Notes: generated by a model from the sequence alone, not told the origin. Positions 37,501-47,551 are shown, numbered from the stretch's first letter. The stretch: DNA of 64,000 bases from Clostridia bacterium (GCA_045659025.1 JAZOWA010000034.1:24151-88150); one strand, 5' to 3'. Numbers and translations: made by a program.

Positions 37501-39495
37501 TTAAAACTCTGTTAATTTTGCACCCGGCATATCCTTCTCGCGGCTATGGCAGGTGGTAAATACTATCTGGTTTGAAGCAGAGTATTCTTTTAAGAACTTC
37601 ACTCCCTCGGCGAAACGTTCGTCATCGTATGTAATGAAAGCATCGTCAATGAACAAGGGGAGATTTTCCGCTATCATCTCTATTATACCTAATCTTAATG
37701 AAAAATACAACTGTTGAATTGTACCTGAGCTGAAATAATTTGAATTTTCGTATCGGCCTTCGTGGCGGATGTTAATTTCAAACTTGTCGTTTACCGTGAT
37801 TTCGCCGTGTTTTCCGCCGGTCAAGGCGTTGAAGATTCTCTCTGTAGCCTGGGCAAGCTTCGGTGCAAAATTGCTCTTGATTTCCTCATAGGATTCATCC
37901 AAAATCCCTGATGCAAGTTCAATCACACGTTTTTCTTCCTCGGCATCTTTAAGCTTTGCTTCAATCTCTTCAATCTCGCAGGCGAGCTGATTGATTTTCT
38001 CTGTAATACCGCTTAATTTATCTGCCTCCACCTTCATCTTTGCATTCTCTGCAGTAAGGCGCAGGATATCGGTGCCGACAGACTGTATCTTTGAAGATAC
38101 TTCCCACTCTGTAGCGTCTATACTCTCGGGGGTAAGGGCAGAGATATCGCCATATTTTGATACCAACTCGGCAGACAGAGCATCAAAATCTGCCTTCGCC
38201 TCGTCAAACACTTTCTTTGCCATGTCCACCTTGGATTTTATAAGGTCTGCCTTTGAGGCGGTGTCTGCCATGGTACGTTTGAGTTGTCTGTAATGCTCGG
38301 CACTCTCCAAACCGTATTTGGCAAGGACGGAGGTTCTCTTGTCCTCGGTCTCTTTTGCTCTTAATGATACTTCAACCGCTTTTTTAGACATCTTACTTGC
38401 GGATTTGAAGCAGAAGAAAGACCCCCCGCCAAACACCAACACACCCAAAGCCATAAGGAAATGCACAAAAAAGGCGGAGGCAATAAATGCCACACCTATT
38501 ACTGCGCATATAATTCCCCACACTTTAGCGGTATTGCTCTTTTGCTCAAGAAGCATCTGCTCCATCTGGTCGGCTACATTCTGTGCGGTGGCATCAGCTA
38601 ATATTATCGCTTCATCCACGGGGGTGATATCCTTTATAATATCTGTTCCGCTGTCGCCCATAAGTTCTGCATCGGATTTGGCTCTCTCATACTCTGCGGA
38701 GGCGTTTTTCATCTTGTCCTCAGCTTTTTTGTATGCAAGGTAATCCTTCTGTTCTTTGATCTTATCCAGTGTTTTTTCCAGATTTATCTTCTCTTTAAGG
38801 GCGGTGTCCAGCTGACTTTCCACTTCCGTCTGTCTATGTGCCATGGCGTCTGCATTGAGGCGGAGAGCTTCCAGATTTGATTTCTCTGCAGATTTTGTTT
38901 CAATAGCAGATTTTAAGTTGGGGATGACCGCACTGCCACGTCTGGAATCTAAATTGGACACCATCTCTTTAAGACGTGATGACACTTCCTGATAGGATGC
39001 CCCCTCATCACCTGTTTGAGACACATTAGATATCTTGGCTAAAGTATCCCCGTCAGAATCAATCTGTGTGCCCTCGGCGGAGATAAACATAGTCTTTAAG
39101 AAGGTGGTCTCGCTAAGGCCGAAAACCTCTGCGCCCACCTCGTCAGTTGTGAGAGGCACTTCTTCACCTGTGGATTTGTTGATGAGCTTAAGTTCGGTCT
39201 TCCTGCCTGATGCGGATATAAAGCGGGAGAGGGCATACTCTGCTTCGCCATGGGTGTATACAATCTCGCCCTCCATGTTATCCCCATCCCAGGGGGTGTA
39301 CTTGTCACGGAAGGAAAGTTCCTTTCCCCTCTGCTTCTTTGCACCATAGAGCATAAAGCGAATAAAGGCAAGAAATGTACTCTTGCCCGATTCATTGTTG
39401 CCGAATATCACATTCAGCCCATTATCCAATATGTATTCTTTGTCCTTCAATTTGCCAAAACTTTTGATGTATATGCGTTTAATCGTCATTTTCAT
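37501..39495 (-). CDS. Rad50/SbcC-like ABC ATPase with two central transmembrane helices (YhaN-like)
   Basis: Walker A GNNESGKST, long coiled coils, TM segment VWGIICAVIGVAFIASAFFVHFLMALGVLVFGGGSFF, signature-like SSGTIQQL, and Walker B LPLFIDDAF. Its start overlaps the trmD 3' end by 17 nt. Confidence 0.75.
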   Translation of the reverse strand: MKMTIKRIYIKSFGKLKDKEYILDNGLNVIFGNNESGKSTFLAFIRFMLYGAKKQRGKELSFRDKYTPWDGDNMEGEIVYTHGEAEYALSRFISASGRKTELKLINKSTGEEVPLTTDEVGAEVFGLSETTFLKTMFISAEGTQIDSDGDTLAKISNVSQTGDEGASYQEVSSRLKEMVSNLDSRRGSAVIPNLKSAIETKSAEKSNLEALRLNADAMAHRQTEVESQLDTALKEKINLEKTLDKIKEQKDYLAYKKAEDKMKNASAEYERAKSDAELMGDSGTDIIKDITPVDEAIILADATAQNVADQMEQMLLEQKSNTAKVWGIICAVIGVAFIASAFFVHFLMALGVLVFGGGSFFCFKSASKMSKKAVEVSLRAKETEDKRTSVLAKYGLESAEHYRQLKRTMADTASKADLIKSKVDMAKKVFDEAKADFDALSAELVSKYGDISALTPESIDATEWEVSSKIQSVGTDILRLTAENAKMKVEADKLSGITEKINQLACEIEEIEAKLKDAEEEKRVIELASGILDESYEEIKSNFAPKLAQATERIFNALTGGKHGEITVNDKFEINIRHEGRYENSNYFSSGTIQQLYFSLRLGIIEMIAENLPLFIDDAFITYDDERFAEGVKFLKEYSASNQIVFTTCHSREKDMPGAKLTEF

Positions 39496-40177
39496 CTGTT
39501 CCTTTCAGCATATCAGGTCTTAATTTCTCGGTGATTTCAAGGGATTTCTCTCTGCGCCATTTGGCTATGTTGGCATGATTGCCCGACATCAGCACATCCG
39601 GCACACAAACCCCGTGGAATTCGTAAGGTCTGGTGTATTGGGGATATTCAAGAAGCCCGTTGAAGTGGGATTCGTCGGTGAAACTGTCCTCGTTGGAAAG
39701 TACGCCCTCAATCATACGGCTGATGGAGTCTATAAGCACCATGGCAGGAAGTTCACCACCGGTCAACACATAATCGCCGATAGAGATTTCCTCGTCCACA
39801 ATCTCGTCTAATATCCTCTGGTCAACCCCCTCATAATGACCACACAGTATAGTCACACAATTAAGCTTTGACAGACGGATGGCATCTTTCTGTGTGAGGG
39901 TCTTGCCCTTGGGTGACATATAGATAAGATGAGGCTTTATACCCCTTTTGTCCACAATGCTTTGGAAGGCACTGTATATGGGAGGAGCCTGCATCACCAT
40001 ACCCCTGCCTCCGCCGTAGGGAGCATCATCTACTCTGTTGTGCTTGTTATCGGCAAAGTCACGGATATTTACAGTATTAAATTCTAAAATCCCTTTTTCC
40101 ACCGCTCTGCCCAGCATACTGCTGCCCAGCACACCGTCAAACATTTCGGGAAAGAGGGTAAGGATATCGAATATCAT
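39479..40177 (-). CDS. trmD: tRNA (guanine37-N1)-methyltransferase
   Basis: FDILTLFPEMF N-terminus and YGGGRGMVM motif. Confidence 0.95.
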   Translation of the reverse strand: MIFDILTLFPEMFDGVLGSSMLGRAVEKGILEFNTVNIRDFADNKHNRVDDAPYGGGRGMVMQAPPIYSAFQSIVDKRGIKPHLIYMSPKGKTLTQKDAIRLSKLNCVTILCGHYEGVDQRILDEIVDEEISIGDYVLTGGELPAMVLIDSISRMIEGVLSNEDSFTDESHFNGLLEYPQYTRPYEFHGVCVPDVLMSGNHANIAKWRREKSLEITEKLRPDMLKGTDENDD

Positions 40178-40180
40178 AAA

Positions 40181-40672
40181 TCAATCAAGCAACCCTTCAG
40201 GAATTATCACCTTAATAATTTTGTTATCTGTATCAACTGAAACCACGTTTTCTTTAAGGGCAGGGAAGAGGATTTCGGTGTCACCCTTTATGGAGTACAC
40301 ATCACATCCGCCTGCGGGGAATACGTCGTCTATTTTTCCAAGTAAAGTATCATTTTCGTACACATCACAACCTATGAGGTCTGCCACGAAGTATACTCCT
40401 TCGGGTAGGTCAAAGGCATCTCTGGGCACAAAGAGGATCTGACCCTTGAGCTTCTCTGCCTGCTCAATGGAGTCAATTCCGTGTAATTTAATTATAGCGG
40501 TGTCTTTGTTGTAGGATACGGACTTAATATCGTATCTGGTGCCGTCACTTCCGTATATGGAATCCAACTCACCGATTACTTCAATCGAGTCTGCCCACAC
40601 CACCATTTTCATAGCACCCCTGAGGGCGTGGGTGTTAACAATCTTGCCGATTTCGAGGAAATCATTGTTCAT
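40181..40672 (-). CDS. rimM: 16S rRNA processing protein RimM
   Basis: EIGKIVNTHALRG motif and a PRC barrel C-terminus. The start is moved to the ATG at 40672, 8 nt after RBS GGAGGA. Confidence 0.9.
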   Translation of the reverse strand: MNNDFLEIGKIVNTHALRGAMKMVVWADSIEVIGELDSIYGSDGTRYDIKSVSYNKDTAIIKLHGIDSIEQAEKLKGQILFVPRDAFDLPEGVYFVADLIGCDVYENDTLLGKIDDVFPAGGCDVYSIKGDTEILFPALKENVVSVDTDNKIIKVIIPEGLLD

Positions 40673-40749
40673 ATAAATCATCCTCCAAAAAATATCTGTT
40701 AAACCTCAAATAGCACAGCATTTGAATGCTGTGCTATTTGAAAAGTCAA

Positions 40750-40977
40750 TTAGACTATGTCAACAGAAACCTTTACGTTGTTTTTACTTGCAGCAGCTTT
40801 CATAACAGAACGAATAGATTTTGCGATTCTGCCCTGCTTGCCGATTACCTTACCCATATCGCTTTCGTTAACATGAAGTTCCAAAACGATAGAGTCTTCG
40901 GTGCCTTTTTGTTCAACCTTAACATCGTCGGGATAATCAACAAGAGATTTGGCAATGTATACAAGCAATTCTTTCAT
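40750..40977 (-). CDS. khpA: KH domain RNA-binding protein (YlqC/KhpA)
   Basis: 75 aa with the VIGKQGRIAKSIR GXXG loop; follows rpsP. Confidence 0.85.
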   Translation of the reverse strand: MKELLVYIAKSLVDYPDDVKVEQKGTEDSIVLELHVNESDMGKVIGKQGRIAKSIRSVMKAAASKNNVKVSVDIV

Positions 40978-40999
40978 GTTGAATTACTCCTTTGCACGA

Positions 41000-41251
41000 T
41001 TATTGTAACACACCGCTCTTTTTGAGAAGAGCTCTTGCTGTGTCGGTGGGCTGTGCACCGTTGCTGAGCCATTTTGCTGCTTTTTCTGCGTCGATATTGA
41101 TGGTAGCGGGATCTGTCAAAGGATTGTATGTGCCAATCTCATCGATGAATCTGCCGTCTCTGGGATATCTGGAGTCTGCAACAACAACTCTGTAGAAAGG
41201 AGCTTTCTTTGCACCCATTCTCTTAAGTCTGATTTTTACCATTAGTTTCAC
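41000..41251 (-). CDS. rpsP: 30S ribosomal protein S16
   Basis: [24 protein letters not shown]. Confidence 0.95.
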   Translation of the reverse strand: MKLMVKIRLKRMGAKKAPFYRVVVADSRYPRDGRFIDEIGTYNPLTDPATINIDAEKAAKWLSNGAQPTDTARALLKKSGVLQ

Positions 41252-41319
41252 CTCCTTAGAGTGATAAAAGAAAAATAATAATAAATAAAATTATATAACA
41301 TAAGCGAATGCTTAAATTG

Positions 41320-42660
41320 TTATCTCATAAATCTTCCAAGTGAACGCATCTGGCGTTTCATATTCTTGGGGTTGGAAAACTGCTTCATCATCTTGCGCAT
41401 CTGATCAAACTGCTTGAGGAGCATATTTACATCCTGCACCTTCACACCGCTGCCATCTGCGATACGCTTTCTTCTTGAAGCGTTGATGATTTCGGGTTTG
41501 AGGCGTTCTGCCCTGGTCATTGAGGTGATGATTGCCTCTACCCTGAGTAGTCGTCTTTCGTCAATATCCATACCGCTGAGCGCCTTCTGGTTCATACCGG
41601 GGATCATAGCGATAAGGTCGGTCAAAGAACCCATATTCTTCATCTGCCTGAGCTGATCTAAGTAGTCCTCCAGAGAGTAGGTCTGCTCACGCATCTTCTT
41701 TTCAAGTTCGATTGCCGTTTTCTCATCAAAGGCCTGCTGGGCCTTGTCAATAAGGGAGAGCACATCACCCATACCGAGGATTCTCGATGCCATACGGTCG
41801 GGATAGAAATAATCAAGATCAGTGAGTTTCTCGCCCATACCGGCAAACTTTATCGGCTTTCCGGTCACCGCTTTGACACTCAGTGCCGCACCGCCTCGGG
41901 TGTCGCCGTCCATCTTGGTGAGTACGGTACCTGTAATGGTGAGTCTTTCGTCAAATGATGATGCTACATTCACCGCATCCTGACCTGTCATAGCGTCTAT
42001 TACGAGGAGGATTTCGGTGGGCTCTGTGGCGGTCTTGATATCCTCAAGCTCACCCATGAGCTCTTCATCTATATGGAGTCGGCCTGCGGTATCTATGATT
42101 ACCACATCGTTGCCATTAAGACGCGCGTGGGAAATTGCCTTTTCGGAAATTTCGACGGGATTGTTGCAATCGTCAATGGAGAAAACAGGCACATCCACCT
42201 GAGAGCCGACTACTTTAAGTTGCTGTCTCGCGGCGGGTCTGTAAACGTCACAGGCGACCAAAAGAGGGCGTTTGCCGTCTTTTTTGAGCACACTTGCAAT
42301 CTTTGCACAAGTGGTAGTCTTACCGGCACCCTGAAGACCTGCCATCATAATAACGGTGGGTGACTTGGAAGAGTACTGTATCTTGGATACCTGACTACCC
42401 ATAAGAGCGGTAAGCTCTTCATTAACAATCTTTATAACCTGCTGACCGGGGGTGAGGCTGTCCAGGACATCACTGCCCATTGCCTTTTCCGATACGGACG
42501 CAACAAAATCTTTAACCACCTTGAAGTTAACGTCTGCCTCAAGGAGTGCAAGCTTGACTTCACGCATGGCAGCCTTGAGATCTGCTTCCGTAATCTTTCC
42601 TTTGCCACGGAGTTTCTTAAAAACCTCCTGAAGCTTATCGGAAATACTTTCAAAAGCCAT
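41320..42660 (-). CDS. ffh: Signal recognition particle protein
   Basis: N, G and M domains, with GLQGAGKTTT, DTAGR and a Met-rich C-terminus. Confidence 0.95.
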   Translation of the reverse strand: MAFESISDKLQEVFKKLRGKGKITEADLKAAMREVKLALLEADVNFKVVKDFVASVSEKAMGSDVLDSLTPGQQVIKIVNEELTALMGSQVSKIQYSSKSPTVIMMAGLQGAGKTTTCAKIASVLKKDGKRPLLVACDVYRPAARQQLKVVGSQVDVPVFSIDDCNNPVEISEKAISHARLNGNDVVIIDTAGRLHIDEELMGELEDIKTATEPTEILLVIDAMTGQDAVNVASSFDERLTITGTVLTKMDGDTRGGAALSVKAVTGKPIKFAGMGEKLTDLDYFYPDRMASRILGMGDVLSLIDKAQQAFDEKTAIELEKKMREQTYSLEDYLDQLRQMKNMGSLTDLIAMIPGMNQKALSGMDIDERRLLRVEAIITSMTRAERLKPEIINASRRKRIADGSGVKVQDVNMLLKQFDQMRKMMKQFSNPKNMKRQMRSLGRFMR

Positions 42661-42734
42661 TTGGCCACCACCTTTCTTTATCCGAAAACGAAAATCCGCC
42701 TTCGAAAATCGTAGTTTGGATTATGCTCTTTCGG

Positions 42735-43064
42735 CTACATATGATTCTTAAGCTTTTCAATGAGTGGTAAAATACCCTTCCTGCTTTGGCTGTCCAAGGT
42801 GGTTGCGAGTTGTTCTATCTCATATACGGTGTCCTTGATTTTCTCGAATCTTGCCACCAACCCCAACGCTTTCTCTGCGTCGGTGAGCTTCGCCTCGCCA
42901 CGCTTTATAAAATCGTGGGCACCCTGACGGCTGATACCTGCGATATCGGCAATCTCTGCCAACGACAGGTCATCATCATAATACAGTGTCATAAGCTCCC
43001 TCTGGCGTTCACTTAAGATTCCGCCGTAGAAGTCGAGTAAATATACAAAATCGAGATTTTTCAT
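42735..43064 (-). CDS. ylxM: YlxM (UPF0122) putative DNA-binding protein
   Basis: Sigma region-4-like segment YYDDDLSLAEIADIAGISRQGAHDFIKR, immediately upstream of ffh. Confidence 0.85.
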   Translation of the reverse strand: MKNLDFVYLLDFYGGILSERQRELMTLYYDDDLSLAEIADIAGISRQGAHDFIKRGEAKLTDAEKALGLVARFEKIKDTVYEIEQLATTLDSQSRKGILPLIEKLKNHM

Positions 43065-43144
43065 TTGCTCACCACCACTGTAAAGCGATTTACTTGACAA
43101 GTGTACCACTGTTATTTCCTTTTGTCAAGTATATTTTGCAAATT

Positions 43145-43867
43145 TTATATCATCTTCAGTATATCCCGCTTGAGACGGCTGATTATTTTCTTTTCCAGAC
43201 GGGATATATATGACTGGGAAATCCCCATCAGGTCGGCTACTTCCTTCTGGGTTTTCTGCATTTGACCGCTAATGCCGAAGCGCATCTCCATTATCTGCTT
43301 TTCCCTGTCGGATAACTTCTCCATGGCGATAATAAGCAACTCCCTGTCCACATCTCCCTCAATACTCTGGTATATCATATCCTCGTCGGTGCCCAGGATA
43401 TCAGATAGCAGAAGCTCGTTGCCGTCCCAGTCCACGTTCAATGGCTCGTCTATGGACAGCTCGCCTCTGCGGTGGTTGTTCTTGCGCAGATACATAAGTA
43501 TCTCATTTTCCACACACCTTGAGGCATAGGAGGCAAGCTTGATTTTCTTGTCGGGGTTGAAGGTATTTATGGCCTTTATAAGCCCGATGGTGCCGATAGA
43601 GGTCAGGTCCTCCACACATATCCCCGTGTTCTCAAACCTCTTTGCAATATACACCACAAGCCTGAGATTGTGCTCTATGAGTATGCTCCTTGCTTTTTTG
43701 GAGTTGGTGCGGAGCAGGTCGATATATTTTTTCTCTTCCTCTTTTGAAAGGGGAGGGGGCAGGGTGGATGGCCCACCGATATAGTGCACCTTGAGAGGCC
43801 CCGCAAGTTTCATCGTTATCAGCCGTATTTTCTGCACCGCTTTTTTGATTGCTTCCATTATATACAT
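43145..43867 (-). CDS. sigE: Sporulation sigma factor E precursor
   Basis: [32 protein letters not shown] and [12 protein letters not shown] are near-collinear with B. subtilis pro-sigma-E. It follows spoIIGA, with RBS GGAGGT 6 nt upstream. Confidence 0.9.
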   Translation of the reverse strand: MYIMEAIKKAVQKIRLITMKLAGPLKVHYIGGPSTLPPPLSKEEEKKYIDLLRTNSKKARSILIEHNLRLVVYIAKRFENTGICVEDLTSIGTIGLIKAINTFNPDKKIKLASYASRCVENEILMYLRKNNHRRGELSIDEPLNVDWDGNELLLSDILGTDEDMIYQSIEGDVDRELLIIAMEKLSDREKQIMEMRFGISGQMQKTQKEVADLMGISQSYISRLEKKIISRLKRDILKMI

Positions 43868-43880
43868 ATCGATACCTCCG

Positions 43881-44747
43881 CTACAAAGTTAATATTTCAG
43901 GATTGATAAGTGCGCCGTACTCATCGTCAGGAGACAGTGATTCCGGTGATATCCCGATTATGATATCGCCGATTTGCCGCTTGTCAATAGCAATTCCATC
44001 GGGTTTGAATCCAATCAGCATCCCCCTTGAACTCCCAAGAGATGAAAAAGGGATCAGTCGAAGCCGACTTTCCATCTCCTCTCCCGTGTCCGTCAGCATT
44101 AATCCCTCGGGAGTGGTGGAGGAGTATGCCCTCTGAAATTTATCAGGCAGAAGGGGTTTTAATTTCTCAAATTGTGCTATTATCACAGGTGTGTGGGTTA
44201 GAGGGTCGCACAGCATATTCCCCGTATCCACAAGTCCGCTTAATGATACCGCTTTGCCTAGGAAGAATATATCTATCCTTTTATATGTACGCATATTGTT
44301 GCTCCTTTGTATTCTCCACATAAGCCGTATAAGACAATAGGAGGCAAAGGCAGAGATTATAAGCACCCTCAGAGGCAGATTGAAGTAGAATACCCCGTTG
44401 CTCATCACCGTGCCCCGACCTGCTCCCGTGAAGTAGAATATGCCTATACACACCCCACCCAATATAAAGGATACACCGTAGAATACTGCCACGGTTTTTA
44501 TAAAGGTGCGTATGGTTTTTATCTTAAAGGATAGCGCCACCAGCACCACCGACACCCCGAATTTTGACAGGGCAGAGTATAGGGGCGACACATTGGGGAA
44601 AAACATTGCCACCGAATATATGGCACCTGCGCCTGCACCCGCCAGCACCCTTTTGACCGACCAGTCAAGTCGCACTATCTTTCCCGTTGCGTTCAATAGC
44701 AGAAAGTTAATTATGAAATTCACCGTAAAGAGAGCATCTATATACAC
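43881..44747 (-). CDS. spoIIGA: Sigma-E processing peptidase SpoIIGA
   Basis: It has five N-terminal TM helices and the LVDTGN aspartic-protease motif. The GTG start lies 21 nt from the only good RBS, so the exact start is uncertain. Confidence 0.85.
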   Translation of the reverse strand: MYIDALFTVNFIINFLLLNATGKIVRLDWSVKRVLAGAGAGAIYSVAMFFPNVSPLYSALSKFGVSVVLVALSFKIKTIRTFIKTVAVFYGVSFILGGVCIGIFYFTGAGRGTVMSNGVFYFNLPLRVLIISAFASYCLIRLMWRIQRSNNMRTYKRIDIFFLGKAVSLSGLVDTGNMLCDPLTHTPVIIAQFEKLKPLLPDKFQRAYSSTTPEGLMLTDTGEEMESRLRLIPFSSLGSSRGMLIGFKPDGIAIDKRQIGDIIIGISPESLSPDDEYGALINPEILTL

Positions 44748-44850
44748 CGCAGTTCTTATGGCAAAGCACCTCCTTTATAGAGGATATTATAATATAAAGG
44801 GATAAGTTAAATTTGTCATAAAAGGGTGGGGATAAAATTTTATATTTAAC

Positions 44851-44882
44851 CAAAAAGAAAAAGCAGAGGAATCATCCTCTGC
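44851..44882 (-). terminator. Intrinsic terminator after LRR protein gene
   Basis: Stem AGCAGAGG/CCTCTGCT with a T-rich tract on the minus strand. Confidence 0.75.
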
Positions 44883-44902
44883 TTTCAATGTATTTTATTG
44901 TA

Positions 44903-47188
44903 TTATCTTACCGGTTCTGCAACTGTGTCAGAGCTCATTTCAGAAAGGGAGTTCCACACATATACCAGCACTCTGTCGTAATCTGCATCTGTTGTAAATT
45001 CCAGAGCATCTGATGTATACACTCCATAGCCCATATCCGACAGACAGTCACCTTTATAAAGTGCCAGGATTACCGTCTTGCCGATTACTGTGTCGTCTGC
45101 AGATACGGTAAATGTCTTCCCGTCAGGAGAAACTGTGGTGCTTGTTGAATAAATATCACCACCAAGGAATGTGACGTTTTCTGTAAGATACTCGTTGTCA
45201 TAACCGATGTCTATGCTGTTCCACTTTTCCTCATAGCCTCTGTAATATACATTCTCAATATCGTCACAATCATCAAATGCACCTTCGCCAATGGTTTTAA
45301 CACCACTGCCTATGGTTACATTTGTAAGGTAACCACACGATGCAAATGCACGATTGCCAATGGTGGTTACACCGTTGCCTATGGTTACGTTTGTAAGGTC
45401 ATCACAATAAGCAAAAGCACTTTCACCAATGGAGGTTACGCTGTCAGGGATTTCAATACTTTCAGCATAGCAACCTTCAAATGCCCCTTCGCCGATGGCA
45501 GTTACGCCGTTGCCTAAGATTATATTGGTAAGACCATCAACATAAGCAAATGCATAATTACCAATGTTTGTTACACTATCGGGTATTGTAATGCTTTCGA
45601 GTTCGTAAAATTCATAAAACGCCCAATCTGCTATGGTTTTTGTACCATCGGGTATAATATATTCTTCATATTGTCCCCAGGAGTTCGCTATTATAAGATG
45701 ATTTCCTATGTATAATACTTCGTCTGTCCAATTGCTTTTATCATTATAATATGCTGTATTCTCAAATGCTCCTTCGCCAATGGAGGTTATGCTGTCAGGT
45801 ATTTGGATGCTTTCAAGACTTTCGCACCATGCAAATGCGTAATCGCCTATGGTTGTTACGCCATCAGGAATTACGATGCTTTCAAGGTCGCAACACTCCT
45901 CAAACGCCTTGTCGTCGATGACGGTAACACTGGCAGGAATTGTATATTCTGTATCCGCTTTACTGGAAGGATATATAAATAATGTAGTTATGTTTTTATT
46001 GAACAGCACACCATTCTCTGATGTAAAATTCACATTGTTTGTATCGACATCAATGCTTTCGAGAAGGTAGCAACCTTCAAGTGCACTTTCGCCGAATGTA
46101 GTTACACTTTCCGGGATCGTAATACTTTTAAGTTTTTTACAGTAGTAAAACGCCATGTCGCCAATTGAAGTTACACTGTTGGGAATTATGTATGATATAT
46201 CCGTTTTGTAGGGAGGATATACAATTAGTGTGGTTTTGTTTTTGTTGAACAGCACACCATCTTCTGATGCAAAATTTGCATTGTTTGTATCGACATTGAC
46301 ACTCTCGAGGGAACGGCAAGACGCAAACGCCATATTGCCAATTGTAGTTACACTTTCCGGGATTGTAATGCTTTCAAGTTTTTTGCAATAATAAAATGCC
46401 CTCTCGCCAATGGTGGACAGATTGTCCGGGATTTCGAGGCTACTAATACTTTCGCAGTGCACAAATGCCCATTTTCCAATGGTGGTTATACCATTGCCAA
46501 GGTTTATGCTTTCAATGCTGTTACACCATGAAAATGCGTAATCGCCAATGGCAGTTACGCTGTCAGGGATTTCGATGCCTTCAAGGTCGCGACAATCTTC
46601 GAATGCATAATTGCCTATGGTTTTTATACCGTCGGGTATGATGTATTGTCCGGATAAGTCCCGATCTGCTTTTATCAGATGATTTCCTATGTATAATACT
46701 CCGTCTGCCCAATTGGTTTCATCATCGTAATAAGCCGTATTATAAAATGCCCACCGGCCTATTGAAGTTATACTGTCGGGAATTTGTATGTTTTCAAGGC
46801 TGGAACATTCCCCAAATGCTTCTTCGCCAATAGTTGTTACACTATCGGGTATTTTGATGCTTTTGAGGGATTCACAAGCGGCAAAAGCATATTTACCTAT
46901 GGTGATTACACTGTCGGGGATTTCGATGCTTTCAAGATTATAACAACTTATGAAAGCGCGCTCGCCGATGGTGGTGACGGGATAACCATTTATTTCAGAA
47001 GGGATGATTATATCTGTGGTATGTGATGAACCAACAAAATCTGTAATAGTTACTTCTCCTTCTGATACGTTGTATTCAAAATCACCATAAGTTTCAGCAG
47101 CTGCTGATACAGAATGAGGCGTTGCAAATCCTGCAGATGCTATACAAACGCACATTGCCAGGATAGACGCAAGAAATTTCCTTTTCAT
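44903..47188 (-). CDS. BspA-type leucine-rich repeat surface protein
   Basis: Signal peptide followed by more than 20 repeats of the pattern IxIPxSVTxIGxxAFxxCxxLxS. The start is moved to the ATG at 47188 (MKRKFLASILAM) after RBS GAAAGGTGG. Confidence 0.85.
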   Translation of the reverse strand: MKRKFLASILAMCVCIASAGFATPHSVSAAAETYGDFEYNVSEGEVTITDFVGSSHTTDIIIPSEINGYPVTTIGERAFISCYNLESIEIPDSVITIGKYAFAACESLKSIKIPDSVTTIGEEAFGECSSLENIQIPDSITSIGRWAFYNTAYYDDETNWADGVLYIGNHLIKADRDLSGQYIIPDGIKTIGNYAFEDCRDLEGIEIPDSVTAIGDYAFSWCNSIESINLGNGITTIGKWAFVHCESISSLEIPDNLSTIGERAFYYCKKLESITIPESVTTIGNMAFASCRSLESVNVDTNNANFASEDGVLFNKNKTTLIVYPPYKTDISYIIPNSVTSIGDMAFYYCKKLKSITIPESVTTFGESALEGCYLLESIDVDTNNVNFTSENGVLFNKNITTLFIYPSSKADTEYTIPASVTVIDDKAFEECCDLESIVIPDGVTTIGDYAFAWCESLESIQIPDSITSIGEGAFENTAYYNDKSNWTDEVLYIGNHLIIANSWGQYEEYIIPDGTKTIADWAFYEFYELESITIPDSVTNIGNYAFAYVDGLTNIILGNGVTAIGEGAFEGCYAESIEIPDSVTSIGESAFAYCDDLTNVTIGNGVTTIGNRAFASCGYLTNVTIGSGVKTIGEGAFDDCDDIENVYYRGYEEKWNSIDIGYDNEYLTENVTFLGGDIYSTSTTVSPDGKTFTVSADDTVIGKTVILALYKGDCLSDMGYGVYTSDALEFTTDADYDRVLVYVWNSLSEMSSDTVAEPVR

Positions 47189-47306
47189 TAAAATCCACCT
47201 TTCAGATATTACCAAGAAATATTTTATCTACTTATTATATCACGCATATACATCAATGTAAATATGTAAGCAGAAAAACGTCGTATAAAAAAAGAATAAA
47301 AAAATG

Positions 47307-47335
47307 TTGACAAAGGCGAATTCATATTGTATAAT
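47307..47335 (+). promoter_or_regulatory. Candidate sigma-A promoter for rpmH operon
   Basis: Consensus TTGACA, a 17-nt spacer, then TATAAT. Confidence 0.6.
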
Positions 47336-47416
47336 TAGTTATGTTTTTATGATAGCATACGGCGTTTGTGCTCGCCTTACACAGCACATCGTAGTTTTTT
47401 GAAGGAGGTGTAATGT

Positions 47417-47551
47417 ATGAAAAGAACATATCAGCCTAATGTACGTCACAGAAAGAAAGTACACGGATTCAGAAGCAGAATGAGCACTGCTAACGGAAGA
47501 AAGGTATTAGCGAGAAGAAGATTAAAGGGCAGAAAGGTATTGTCTGCATAA
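47417..47551 (+). CDS. rpmH: 50S ribosomal protein L34 (absent from ORF track, 44 aa)
   Basis: Translates to [44 protein letters not shown], with RBS GAAGGAGGTG upstream. Confidence 0.95.
   Translation: MKRTYQPNVRHRKKVHGFRSRMSTANGRKVLARRRLKGRKVLSA

Noticed and set aside
40700-40749. Perfect 15-bp hairpin AAATAGCACAGCATT/AATGCTGTGCTATTT between khpA and rimM, considered as a terminator.
   Set aside because: No T-run follows on the minus (coding) strand, and the genes belong to a conserved operon. It may be a processing or stability element, but I cannot support a specific call.
44903-47188. Regular repeat periodicity of about 69 nt that could suggest a CRISPR or tandem-repeat array.
   Set aside because: The repeats are in frame, diverged at the DNA level and encode LRR units within one long ORF that has a signal peptide. 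No spacer-repeat structure exists.
47216-47416. Possible oriC next to rpmH at the strand-polarity switch.
   Set aside because: The spacer has no dnaA gene, no cluster of TTATCCACA-like boxes and no AT-rich unwinding element beyond ordinary promoter DNA. I kept only a low-interest synteny note.
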